DNA from: Macrostomum lignano | Lineage: Eukaryota | DNA length: 64,000 bases | Assembly: GCA_002269645.1 (NCBI GenBank) | Contig: NIVC01001620.1 | Span: 124,001-188,000 of the forward strand | Direction: 5' to 3' | In this document: positions 11,184-22,109 of the stretch, piece after piece | Numbering within the stretch: position 1 is the first letter of the stretch | How the letters are laid out: every line of letters starts with the position of its first letter | Program-made: the position numbers and the translations under genes | Notes under the pieces: model-generated | Database searches by the model: none | Told to the model about the DNA's origin: nothing | The model's input: the letters and a program-made list of their open reading frames with translations, nothing else

Positions 11184-13601
11184 CTATGAATATGAAAGTT
11201 GGGCACTTGGCAGCAGACTGATGTGCGTGTCACTGACGACGCACGGTCCAGCAATGGAGGAGGCACCAACGGAGATCAATTCGCCGTCAAAAACTTCGAA
11301 TGGACGGACAGATAGGCGACGAACATGTGCAGCAAGGCAGCACTCGTTAGTGCCGGAGTAAGCGATGAAAGGTGACTCGTCGGGCTCGACAACCGGCATG
11401 ATCCGACAGTCAAAGGCCACACCCAGCGATTCCGACGAGGTAATGGACTCGATTCTAGCGAATAAGAACTTCTCTGGATCAGCGCATTTGAGTCCAACAA
11501 AGCACGAAGATGTACGTGACTCGTTAAGCTGCCCGCATGGCTGTAGTACAGTGCCACACGGCAGGATCACTCGTTTGTAATGTGCGGCTCCTGCTTGATT
11601 AGAGGTAGTCACGCGTAGACAGCCGACCGTCGAATGACGGTCGCTGCTGGTCAGTTTGGTGAGCGTTGGCACACACCGTTGATGTCGCATCTGTCTGCAA
11701 CCAATGTCTAACTCGATATGCCTCACCAGCTCCTTGTCGACCAGAGAGTTGCCATGGACACGTGCGCGAGTTTTGCGATGCTCGGATTCAAACAATCCAG
11801 CAGACAATGATGCAGTAGGACCCAATCGCAACACAGCAGCCGTCATATGACGACACACCGAGTGTGCGTTGTACGTCAATGCTCGATTGGAATACAGGAC
11901 TCCGAGATCGCGATAGAAATGATCCAAAGTGGTCTGAATCCGCGCCAAGTAATTCCTGCTGGTATTTGGATAGCTGAGCCAGAAAATAGCGGACGACAAC
12001 AACAAAAAATGATTGTAATAGTCCCTGGACAAAGGACCTTCTGCCAGAACCATTGGGCCGAAAGCAAAGAACCAGCAGGCAAACTCGTGACCGCGCATGA
12101 ACTTCAGTTCCCGTAGTGATCGCGGATGTCGCCTTTGCACACTGCTTGGCATCGTAACACGCCGCAACCTGCCGTCAATGACGTCAATTGCATTGTGCAG
12201 ATTTGGCCTAGTCAAGCTTGGATCCGGCTTCTCGTTTCCAATGAGAAACCATTGCGCTAGTAGCCAGCGCGTCAGCCCACTTAGTGCTTGGTGTAAGAAA
12301 CATGGCGGGCAGTCGGCTATGTAATCGAACCCGATGACTCGACTGAATTCAGAGACGCCTTTGACACCGAACAGATGAAGGTCCCGCGGCGCCTTGATAT
12401 TCGCCAGTGAAATCGTGTCTTCAAGATTTCTCAGTTCGATTTGGCTCACCTGATGGTCCAGCAATGCCCGAACTGTTGGTTGGTCAATAGCTACTGGGTA
12501 GTACCTAGCATTGCCTCGAACATTCGTTTGGCGCTTGGTTGCAATGTAGCACTTGTCACAACCGAATGTGCCATTGTACATTAACAGCTCTAGCGCCGCC
12601 TGCCTCTGTGGTGCGTCCATAATGACGCAATGAATGTGAAACCGCATGACATAGTGCCGTCCGTCAATGACGTACGACACCCCATCAGTGCGAATTTTGT
12701 TTAATTGTAGTCGCAGAAGAGGGAGATACGCTGCAGTCGGCATCTTCGTTTTGCTTCCCCATAAGCCACACACGACGAGGAAGCGGGACTTATGCGTATC
12801 GGACAATTCATTGACGCTAAGATAGATGGGACACATCTCATAACGGGACGTCTTGTACATGGCAAATCCATCTATGTTCAGCGTGTAAGTGAGGTCAGCC
12901 CTGTCGTTAAGCCTGGTACCGCATGCACGCTTGAATTCGGCGTACTTCTCGCTGTTAGTATAGTGAATGGTGCCTGGTTCGGCAGTCATGTCGACCGGGA
13001 AGGTGACATGCCGAAGGAACGATCGACATTCGAGTGTCGACTGTAGCTGTCGACCAATATCAAACTGCCAGTACCGGTTCATGTTCATGTCCGAGAATGC
13101 TTTGCGACATTGTCGACAACCGTCTCGGGTCGCCTCGGCAGTATCTGTGGCGGCCTTGCAGCTGCGACATATAGCGTAACATTCCGTGTTGCATCCTGTA
13201 GTGTCAATGACACTATCTAGATAATACACAGAGCGTGGGAAATGGCTCCCGACAGGCAGCAGTTCGTCCAGTAGGCGTAATAAACGGTCTGTCCCTTCGC
13301 GAGTCAATGACTCGGTCTCGGCGAACTCCGTTATTAATAGCGCCGTCTCGATGTATGTTCGACGCGCACCTTGATAGATTGGCATGTCATTGACATGCTG
13401 TGGCGTCGGTCGCGAAGTAGGTGTAGACAGATCGGCCTGATCAGGTGTCGGTGGATCGGCCTGATCAGATGCTGGTGGATCGGCCAAATTTCGAAGCTTT
13501 CGACGATGTCTCATGAACATACATCGAACAGCACTTGACATAGGTTCTTTGCGTTTGATCTTTCGCATTTCATCTTGAAGTCTACTATTTTTAGGCGCCA
13601 T
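11184..13601 (-). CDS. EnSpm/CACTA-type DDE transposase, 805 aa, intact
   Basis: N-terminal CxxC..CxxC; TLNIDG, CPIYLSVNEL, GLWGSKTK, MDAPQR..NGTFGCDKC, FLHQALSG, YNAH..HM..LGP..FESE motifs typical of animal EnSpm transposases. Confidence 0.9.
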   Translation of the reverse strand: MAPKNSRLQDEMRKIKRKEPMSSAVRCMFMRHRRKLRNLADPPASDQADPPTPDQADLSTPTSRPTPQHVNDMPIYQGARRTYIETALLITEFAETESLTREGTDRLLRLLDELLPVGSHFPRSVYYLDSVIDTTGCNTECYAICRSCKAATDTAEATRDGCRQCRKAFSDMNMNRYWQFDIGRQLQSTLECRSFLRHVTFPVDMTAEPGTIHYTNSEKYAEFKRACGTRLNDRADLTYTLNIDGFAMYKTSRYEMCPIYLSVNELSDTHKSRFLVVCGLWGSKTKMPTAAYLPLLRLQLNKIRTDGVSYVIDGRHYVMRFHIHCVIMDAPQRQAALELLMYNGTFGCDKCYIATKRQTNVRGNARYYPVAIDQPTVRALLDHQVSQIELRNLEDTISLANIKAPRDLHLFGVKGVSEFSRVIGFDYIADCPPCFLHQALSGLTRWLLAQWFLIGNEKPDPSLTRPNLHNAIDVIDGRLRRVTMPSSVQRRHPRSLRELKFMRGHEFACWFFAFGPMVLAEGPLSRDYYNHFLLLSSAIFWLSYPNTSRNYLARIQTTLDHFYRDLGVLYSNRALTYNAHSVCRHMTAAVLRLGPTASLSAGLFESEHRKTRARVHGNSLVDKELVRHIELDIGCRQMRHQRCVPTLTKLTSSDRHSTVGCLRVTTSNQAGAAHYKRVILPCGTVLQPCGQLNESRTSSCFVGLKCADPEKFLFARIESITSSESLGVAFDCRIMPVVEPDESPFIAYSGTNECCLAAHVRRLSVRPFEVFDGELISVGASSIAGPCVVSDTHISLLPSAQLSYS

Positions 13602-14419
13602 ATGTAGGCTGAAATGAGAAATATATTATGAATAACGAAATACATATCATTTATCCCTATTTACTTTATAAGCTTCTTCCTAAACATAGATGGCCTTAAA
13701 AATGTCCTGGTGGAAATAAAAGGGGAGATTATGCAGGACAGTGAAGATTCGGTGAGGCAGGCAGCAGATCAGGGAGCAGCGCTTTGAACCGCCTTGGCGA
13801 TGGCACCGGGAACGGCATTGGCGTCAACAAACATGCCTACTCAACAAATAAATCAAACAAGACAACGCACTTGAAAACAATGCTGGCATGTTCGTACCCA
13901 TGCAAATTACTCGTATATTGCCGTTTTGCTCGTACATGCAAAAAGGTCAAACATGCATTTACATTACAGACGATAACATTATTGAACAAAATAGTGATTA
14001 GCCGAAGTGCGAATCATAATGAAAAATACGACAGCTATTATTACTTAGGTCGTTAAAAAATATGAAAATTATTAGTCATGTCTTCTCCTCACCTCCTCTC
14101 CTCACCTCTATCCCTCACTCTACTACCCCGTTAGTCGGTCAGTGAAGCCTATCTATCCAGTTCTTGGTCTTTTAAATCTCCACAATATCGATCCAGCCCA
14201 CTCAATGTTTGCCTCTTCTGTCTTCTACTCTCTACACTTTTCTATCTCTTCTCTTCTTCAAGTCTCCCATCCTTTCTCCTCTTATTTTGTTTCGCATATC
14301 TTCTATTCCTTCGACCTTTTCTCCATCTTCTGACCCGACGTAGTAATGAACTGGATCATTAGAACTGGATCGGAAAAATTAGCCAACTGCTGCATGATTT
14401 ACTAGCTGATTCAACGAGT

Positions 14420-15720
14420 TCAGCAGTCTATTGGGGTATAGTACTCCATCTCTATGGCGAGTACGGCCAGCACAATCTGTCCGGATGACAATCCCTCGCG
14501 ATAACCGGCGTCAATGACGCCGGATATGCGGTTTCGGACGCCGCCACCGCGCTTCCTCGTTGCGTTAGTTGACCGCGCATCCATCTGGTAGCTTCGGATA
14601 GTCTCCAGCGCATCAGCCAGTTCTAATGGACGTTCTTTTGGCTGCTCATGAGCAGCCAGGCGCCGCAGTTTGCAACACTGCACAAGCTTGTTTGCAGTTG
14701 ACCGCACTGCAAAATCGGAACACGTAAAGTCGCATCCCATTATCCGCTGTGCAGTAAAGATACTGTATAGCTTACAGTATCTATCTTGCCAAAATATTAA
14801 ACGTAGTTCACTCAGACAGGTTGGAACGAGTTCTGTCTTAATGTTAGTGAGGTAGTGGTTGAGCGCGTGTGTACAGACTCCTGAACTGTACAACACGCCA
14901 TACAAAGCAGGGCAGTAGGTGACGTCATTGACGTCGCCAACGGCTGAGCTTATGAGCGCGGCGATGTCGCCGCTCGGCTCGCTCGGCTCCGCCTTGGCAC
15001 TGGCAGCAGCTGGCGCGTCATTGGCGGCACCGCTCGGCTCCGCCTTGGCACTGGCAGCAGCTGGCACGTCATTGGCGGCACCGCTTGGCTCCGCCTTGGC
15101 ACTGGCAGCAGCTGGCGCGTCATTGGCGGCACCGCTCGGCTCCGCCTTGGCACTGGCAGCAGCTGGCGCGTCATTGGCGGCACCGCTCGGCTCCGCCTTG
15201 GCACTGGCAGCAGCTGGCGCGTCATTGGCGGCACCGCTCGGCTCCGCCTTGGCACTGGCAGCAGCTGGCGCGTCATTGGCGGCACCGCTCGGCTCCGCCT
15301 TGGCACTGGCAGCAGCTGGCGCGTCATTGGCGGCACCGCTCGGCTCCGCCTTGGCACTGGCAGCAGCTGGCGCGTCATTGACGGCACCGGCTGCGACACT
15401 ACTGGCTAAAAGGCAGCGCGACAGTCAATATCAGCCAGTCTGGCCAATTCATCGGCTACTTTTGCCAATTTTTCTGACTGATGTTTCGCTGCATCTACCT
15501 CCGAGGCCGCCGCATCGACCACTTGGGATGCCTTTAATGTCCCTGAGGCATCTCCCATTTGCCGGAAAACTGCGAGATGTCCGTTGGCGGAAATCAAACG
15601 ATACTGGGCCTCAACGAGTTTAAAGGCTGCCGCTCTGGCAGCTTCTTCGGCTTTGTCTAGTTTAATTAATGCAAGACCCCGCTTGCGGTAACACTGAGCA
15701 CACCTTCTCGTTTCGCTCAT
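14420..15720 (-). CDS. CACTA cargo ORF of unknown function (coiled coil, 17-aa repeats, Cys-containing domain), with an apparent 1-nt frameshift at ~15408
   Basis: ORF 15720-15406 followed by an open frame ~15420-14420; one more T in GCC TTT TAG CC would fuse them; acceptor TTATTCCAG 15 nt before the ATG. Confidence 0.5.
14981..15390 (-). repeat. 51-nt tandem repeat x ~8 (AASAKAEPSGAANDAPA)
   Basis: Direct inspection. Confidence 0.93.
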
Positions 15721-16789
15721 GCTGCGTATTTAAGGCTGGAATAATTTACGTATAATGAGGCATTCAATTGGGAACAAATCAAAGTTGACTGTCTGATCAA
15801 AAAATTGATAAAAAATCACCAACTGTTAAATTTATACTTCAATCAGCATTGTAGTTATCTATCATGTGGATTTTGAAAGTTCTTTTATCAATATCTTTTC
15901 ATGATAAAATACGATACAGCTTCATTATGAGTAAAAGGACACCTCAATTTTTAAATCTGGCCTAGAATTAAAAAAGGGATGCAACTAACTAGTTTAAGTT
16001 TATACTTTTGTTTGTAAATATGCTACTGTATATTCAATGAATACATACTGTTTTTATTAATTCCATTAATATGTCTTGAATAGCTACCCCTGACAAAATG
16101 CAAGTAAGATGATTTAAGCGACTTAGATTTATTTAGCATTGTAACTCTCCTTCCTTATACAGTGAACATTCTGTCTAAATAGCACATTCCTTTCCTACTC
16201 CTTATGCCTTATGGTCGTATTGTCTGACATGCCAGCAGTCTGATATAATATCATGATTAATCTATTTGACAAAAAGCAACTGAGTTAATGACACAATAAG
16301 ACTTAAGTCATGATCCAAAAATAAAGTACTATTTGTGTACAACTTTATTTTAATACAAACGATATTTACTCAGTGACATTATCAGTGTAAACAAAACAGT
16401 GAGATGATAACATATATTGCAATTACAGAGGATCAAACTCTACGATACATATAGTACACATATACATGTACGCTAACATATATATTACGTATATTATACA
16501 TAAAAACAATTTTAAACTGTTTCTACTTCTTAGAAATGTATACGTAAAATACGACTCACCTCTACGTGCAACGATATGTGACATATAATTTTAATGATGC
16601 GTTTCTTGGGGGTTTAACAAATCTCTTAACAACAGACATTTTGTTAATAAATAAGGAAGAACTGGTACTTCAGTCCTACTCGTACTTCAAATCGTTAAAC
16701 GATGCTCTACTGGATTCGGTTAGTTCGTGCACGCAGACTTCTCACTTCTACGTGATAACCCCTGCTATTAATTTAGACGATAAAGGCTA

Positions 16790-17365
16790 CACAGAGACAT
16801 TTATAATCCGTGTCCAATGGCATCGCTACGGCACAACTGGTACAATTGTAGCAAGTGTGCCAAGGGTGCCATCTGGTTTTGCTGACCAATTAGCAGTAAA
16901 AATAATATTTGTGTCAAGTGTGCCAAAATAGACATACAGAGACATTTACAGTCTGTGCCAAATGGCATCGCTACGGCACAACTGGTACAATTGTAGCAAG
17001 TGTGCCAAAAGTGCCATCTGGTTTCGTTGACCAATTAGCAGTAAAAAAATAATATTTGTGTCAAGTGTGCCAAAATAGACATACAGAGACATTTACAGTC
17101 TGTGCCAAATGGCATCGCTACGGCACAACTGGTACAATTGTAGCAAGTGTGCCAAGAGTGCCATCTGGTTTCGTTGACCAATTAGCAGTAAAAATAATAT
17201 TTGTGTCAAGTGTGCCAAATATGATATACATCGACATTTACAAACTGGGCCAAATGGCATAGCTACGGCACAATTAGTACAATTGTATCAAGTGTGCCAA
17301 ATATGACATACAAAGACATTTATAACTCTGTCAAAGGGCATATTTGTGGCACAACTGGCACACTT
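16790..17365. repeat. Subterminal ~145-bp tandem repeats of the CACTA right end (3 full copies + partial)
   Basis: ACAGAGACATTTA..ATGGCATCGCTACGGCACAACTGGTACAATTGTAGCAAGTGTGCCAA recurs at ~16791, 16936 and 17083, with decayed copies beyond. Confidence 0.88.
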
Positions 17366-17453
17366 ACTGTTTTTGAAAGGACAAATATTTTCGGTCGGGT
17401 CTTCTCTCTTCTCTTAGATAATATCATAACTGGCATTGTCTAAACACCAACAG

Positions 17454-17774
17454 GAGGCCGGACCAGAGTGGGCCAGCAACAAAAAAGCGGTACCAATGCG
17501 CGACATGGACATTCGTCGAACCGTGCCTCGCGGCTTCCCCTATCTAGCCGTGGAATTCGGTCGCGACAGCGGCTTAGTACACGTCATTGAGGACGAGTCG
17601 GCATTTCCGGACTGTTTCGGCCGCGAAGTGATCGCCGGCATGCTGGACCTGCCGCACGAATTGTGGCGCAAACCGAAACGCGACAACTGGGAAGCTCTGC
17701 TCAACAAAGCGTCCGAATTTCGATTCTTCTGGTCGGAGCGGGGCGAAGTTGTTGTACGGCAACAGGACGATTAA
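17454..17774 (+). CDS. CWF19L2: CWF19-like protein 2, coding exon 2 (CwfJ C-terminal domain 2)
   Basis: CAG|GAG GCC; EAGPEWASNKK..IRRTVPRGFPYLAVEFG..HVIEDE..FGREVIAGMLDL..LWRK matches CWF19L2; stop TAA at 17774. Confidence 0.92.
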   Translation, partial: EAGPEWASNKKAVPMRDMDIRRTVPRGFPYLAVEFGRDSGLVHVIEDESAFPDCFGREVIAGMLDLPHELWRKPKRDNWEALLNKASEFRFFWSERGEVVVRQQDD

Positions 17775-18212
17775 TTATGAACTGTTATGAACGTGTTTTA
17801 AACAAAACTGTACTTTAAAATTATGTTTCTCATTGCTCAATTATACACTGTCATGCTAGAGTATAAAATGCAAGCATTTAATTGCATTTCAAGTAGAATG
17901 TACTTAATTTCGGATTTCATAGTCATTTATTTTACTATAAGTAGTGTCCATTTGCAATATTGGCACACTGCTGGACTACGATATCAGTTACGCCTATAAA
18001 TGGTGATTCGCGGTGGTTCAAATGCAGTGTTTTGTCGAGCGGTGCAAGTGTGCCTTACGTTGTAAAAATTCTGACTGCCTTATCTAAAATTATCTTCATA
18101 CATACGTTGGAATTTCTCAGCGATAAGTATCCTATAAGAAAACGAAAAAAGCAGGAGAGCTAGTGCAGTTGTTTTTTAGAATCAGCACTGAATTTCCCAA
18201 CCAGCCCTTCAT

Positions 18213-18349
18213 AAAAAGGGTCTTTGCCGTTAATGGCACAGCAATGTGGGAGTCTAATCCCACTGCGCTGCGGAATGGCTATCACGACATTTCGAAGACA
18301 TAATTTTTAGGGCAGGGCAGCTAACCTAATAAACAGGCATAGCGCCCTT
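18213..18349 (+). ncRNA. RNU11: U11 snRNA (minor spliceosome)
   Basis: 5' AAAAAGGG; closing helix GTCTT/AAGAC; SL I TGCCG/TGGCA; SL II GTGGGA/TCCCAC; SL III CGGAATG/CATTTCG with an ATCA-containing loop; Sm site ATAATTTTTAG; SL IV AGGGC/GCCCT; collinear with vertebrate U11 as I recall it. Confidence 0.9.
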
Positions 18350-19608
18350 CTAATAATTAAAAGATAAGAATAGCGAAGTTAGCAATCAAGCTGGTCTCAA
18401 AGTAATTTCATTTTCATAATTTTGATTCCGATACAGCCTTGAAAGACGCTGATTTAGCAGTAGCCTTGGTCTTCTTGAAGAAAGCCAACAACTTATGTAT
18501 ATTGTAACGATCTAATTCTACTATAATTAAGTAAATACGCTAACTTTGCTACTGAAAGAGTAGAGTAGAAAGAGCATTTTGTTCAAATGACATATCTAGT
18601 CTGTTGTAATACGAGCGTACCGGTGATTGCACCGGGACTTGAATTGCACTTACTTGAAGACAGGAAAACAAGCGAAATTCCGGAGATTAATCTCAGCGCA
18701 AGTTTACATGGATTTTTTATGGTAAACGGATACGACGCAGAATTCGATTTTGCTTTTTTCGAGAGTTGGTGCTTTTCTACTTCCTCTTTAGTTGTCGGTG
18801 GATAAACAATGAATAAAAGATCTAGCAAAATTAAACAGCTTAGTTAATTTTACGGCTCGTATAATATGACCTATATTATTTGTACTTGCTGTAGACGTCA
18901 GCAAAGAAAAAAGCTGCAATTTTTTTTTGTATTTGATTCTATCATAATGATTTGTTATACAGTAACAGAGAATGTCACTTAAGAATAGTCAGCGCCATTC
19001 GCGAAATTGAGATCGAAATTAAATGGGAACAAAGACCCCTAAGCCCAGCAGACGCGATAGAGAAGGGAAAGATTCTACGACAACATAGAAACGAAACGCG
19101 TATTAGAAATTGGGCGTCTTTGCAAAGAAACCAAAGTCAAAGAGGCAGCCATTTAACGGGAAGCCTGTTATAACAAAGTTTTACACGAGTCTTTGTCGGC
19201 AACAATGACCAATCGTGTCATATGCTCAAGATAAGGCTGAGTTGTCACCATTACGAGACACTAAATCGCTTCGCAAAGTAGTGAAACTTAAAAAGTATAA
19301 CAAATTTTAAACAAGCAGTTGGGTTACACAAACTAAATAAATAGGTGCGAGGTTAGTTATACTAAGCTAGTTATGGTTAGATATCGGCGGCATAATCATG
19401 CAGAGGTGTGTACATAAAAATTAGAAAAAATGAATCTTAATTTTGCGCTGTTTTTTAGCTTTTACTCCGGCAAAACAATTTAATGAATTATATTCCAATT
19501 TAAATAGCGATGAGCGCAGGGCACTTGGGCAAACAGAGATAAACAGGTGATTATGTATATATTATATTAAGTATCTAAAAATAGTTGATATCACACCAAC
19601 ACGATCGC

Positions 19609-19877
19609 TCATTCCTTAGCGAACCAGCCGTACACCTGGTTCTGGGCGCAGGTGCTCAGAGCTGACAGGAACCGGACCAGCCCAGTGTCCATAGGCCTGT
19701 CCAATCCGCGCAGCATCCTGTGCTTCATCACTGACACGAATTCTTTGTTACTAAGATGCAAATCGCCGTCCTCGTCGAAGAGTACAAAGACAACATCTAG
19801 AACGTGATCGTCCAGCTGAATGCCGGCCACTGTGACGGCCACGTGTTTGAAGGTCGACTTGTCGATAGCGGCTCCGG
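19609..19877 (-). CDS. MICU1: MICU1 exon 3 (last; EF-hand)
   Basis: TTGCAG|CC GGA (phase 1); DVVFVLFDEDGDLHLSNKEFVSVMKHRMLRGL; TGA at 19609-19611. Confidence 0.93.
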
Positions 19878-19900
19878 CTGCAAGAGATCGGAAGTGAGAA

Positions 19901-20660
19901 GGAGGTACAGCTTCAAGATAAAGGATGCACAGCTTCAAGATAAAGGATGTACAGCTTCAAGACAAAGGATGTACAGCTTCAAGATAAAGGAGGTACAGCT
20001 TCAAGATAAAGGAGGTACAGCTTCAAGATAAAGGAGGTACAGCTTCAAGATAAAGGATGTACAGCTTCAAGATAAGGAGGTACAGCTTCAAGATAAAGGA
20101 TGTACAGCTTCAAGATAAGGATGCACAGCTTCAAGATAAAGGAGGTACAGCTTCAAGATAAAGGAGGTACAGCTTCAAGATAAAGGATGTACAGCTTCAA
20201 GATAAGGATGCACAGCTTCAAGATAAAGGATGCACAGCTTCAAGATAAAGGATGTACAGCTTCAAGATAAAGGAGGTACAGCTTCAAGATAAAGGAGGTA
20301 CAGCTTCAAGATAAAGGAGGTACAGCTTCAAGATAAAGGATGTACAGCTTCAAGATAAAGGAGGTACAGCTTCAAGATAAAGGAGGTACAGCTTCAAGAT
20401 AAAGGATGCACAGCTTCAAGATAAAGGATGTACAGCTTCAAGATAAAGGAGGTACAGCTTCAAGATAAAGGATGTACAGCTTCAAGATAAAGGAGGTACA
20501 GCTTCAAGATAAGGAGATACAGCTTCAAGATAAAGGAGGTACAGCTTCAAAATAAAGGAGGTACAGCTTCAAGATAAAGGAGGTACAGCTACAAGATAGG
20601 GAGGTACAGCTTCAAGATAAAGGAGGTACAGCTTCAAGATAAGGAGGTACAGCTTCAAGA
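19901..20660. repeat. 22-bp intronic minisatellite (GGAGGTACAGCTTCAAGATAAA), ~35 copies
   Basis: Fills MICU1 intron 2. Confidence 0.95.
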
Positions 20661-20728
20661 CGTATCCATTATCGTGTTCAGGAGTCAGCAGAACAGGAAC
20701 TGGACCTGAAGAGCCAGCCGCAACTCAC

Positions 20729-21362
20729 CTAAATGATAGAAAGTCAGCGCCGTGTCCACATCGGCGATGCACTTCAACAATTGGGCGAACTCGACGTACT
20801 GCTTGAAGGAGATGCCCCTGCTCGCCTTAGCCTTGTCGTCCTCGCCCTCGTCGTCGCCTTTGCCGAAGGCCTCCCGTACTCGGCGCAGCATCTTTCGCTT
20901 CTTAGCCTCGGAGAAGCCGGCGTAGGTGATTAGTAACCGGGCGAAGCTGAGCTCGGAGATTCGGTCACGTTCGTCCGGTTGGTAGCGATCGAATTCGATG
21001 CGGTTGAGCTCGCGCTGCAGCCTGGCCTGGAACTCCAGCATTCGGGCTACGCTGAGCGTGCCCTGGCCGTTCTCGCCAAAGAAATACGTGGCCAAAGCGG
21101 TGTTCATCTCGGCTTTAAGCGTGTTGCCAGTGGTGCTGTGGTCCCTGTGCCGCTTGCCAACGTTGCTCTGATCGCGCAGGATCGCTTGAACCCGGCCGAA
21201 CTCTTCAATGTCCAAATTGCCGTCCGAGTTCAGGTCGAACATGCGGAAAGCGATTTCAAATTGGCGCGGAGCGGTGCTCAACACGGTGAGCAGGAATACG
21301 TAGTCGCTGAAGCTGATCAGAGCTTTGTCGCCAAGGGTGTAGAACACCGAGTCCGGGCGCAC
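20729..21362 (-). CDS. MICU1: MICU1 exon 2 (EF-hand)
   Basis: CACAG|GTG; ISFSDYVFLLTVLST..FEIAFRMFDLNSDG..HRDHSTTGNTLK..YFFG; donor G|GTGAGT. Confidence 0.95.
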
Positions 21363-21520
21363 CTGTGTGGATTTGAGTAGATGTGAAGGGGTTTAGCCTA
21401 GGCTCTCCACTCGAAAAAAGCATTATCAAACCCGTGCACTCAGCATCTACAAGTTCATAAGCTCGTACATAAGAGTTAGGATATGAGATCAGGAATCCTA
21501 GAGGGTGGCAGTTCAAATCC

Positions 21521-22046
21521 ATATCTGAGGATCTGGGAGAGCGGCAATTTCATTCCAATATCTGAGGATCTGGGAGAGCGGCGATCCTATTCCCATTTCT
21601 GAGGATCTGGGAGAGCGGCGATCCTATTCCCATTTCTGAGGATCTGGGAGAGCGGCAATCCCATTCCCATATCTGAGGATCTGGGAGAGCGGCAATCCCA
21701 TTCCCATTTCTGAGGATCTGGGAGAGCGGCAATCCCATTCCCATTTCTGGGGATCTGGGAGAGCGGCAATCCCATTCCCATTTCTGAGGATCTGGGAGAG
21801 CGGCAATCCCATTCCCATATCTGAGGATCTGGGAGAGCGGCAATCCCATTCCCATTTCTGAGGATCTGGGAGAGCGGCAATCCCATTTCTGGGGATCTGG
21901 GAGAGCGGCAATCCCATTCCCATTTCTGAGGATCTGGGAGAGCGGCAATCCCATTCCCATATCTGAGGATCTGGGAGAGCGGCAATCCCATTCCCATATC
22001 TGAGGATGTGGAAGAGCGGCAATCCCATTCCCATATCTGAGGATCT
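21521..22046. repeat. 37-bp intronic minisatellite (TCTGAGGATCTGGGAGAGCGGCAATCCCATTCCCATT), ~14 copies
   Basis: Fills most of MICU1 intron 1. Confidence 0.95.
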
Positions 22047-22109
22047 TTGGGTTTTCAAGCAACTCAGAGTAAATTCCACAGCTCTGAGAATTTCAATGAC
22101 GCGCTTTAC

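Larger units (their letters stand above)
7783..17399 (-). mobile_element. Full-length CMC/EnSpm (CACTA-type) DNA transposon, 9617 bp
   Basis: Imperfect 24-bp TIRs CCCGACCGGAAATAATTGTTCTTT / reverse complement CCCGACCGAAAATATTTGTCCTTT; 2-bp TC flanks on both sides; dense TGTGCCA/TGGCACA subterminal motifs at both ends; internal EnSpm-type transposase. Confidence 0.88.

Noticed and set aside
14919-15623. Plus-strand ORF (SLAAPLGSALALAAAG)n and other frames
   Set aside because: Antisense/alternative readings of the 51-nt repeat; the flanking unique coding sequence is on the minus strand.
16566-17262. ORFs in the CACTA right subterminal region
   Set aside because: Arise from the 145-bp repeats; no protein-like features.
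18587-19173. Two short plus-strand ORFs between U11 and the MICU1 stop
   Set aside because: No recognisable homology or convincing splice pairing; more likely UTR/intergenic.
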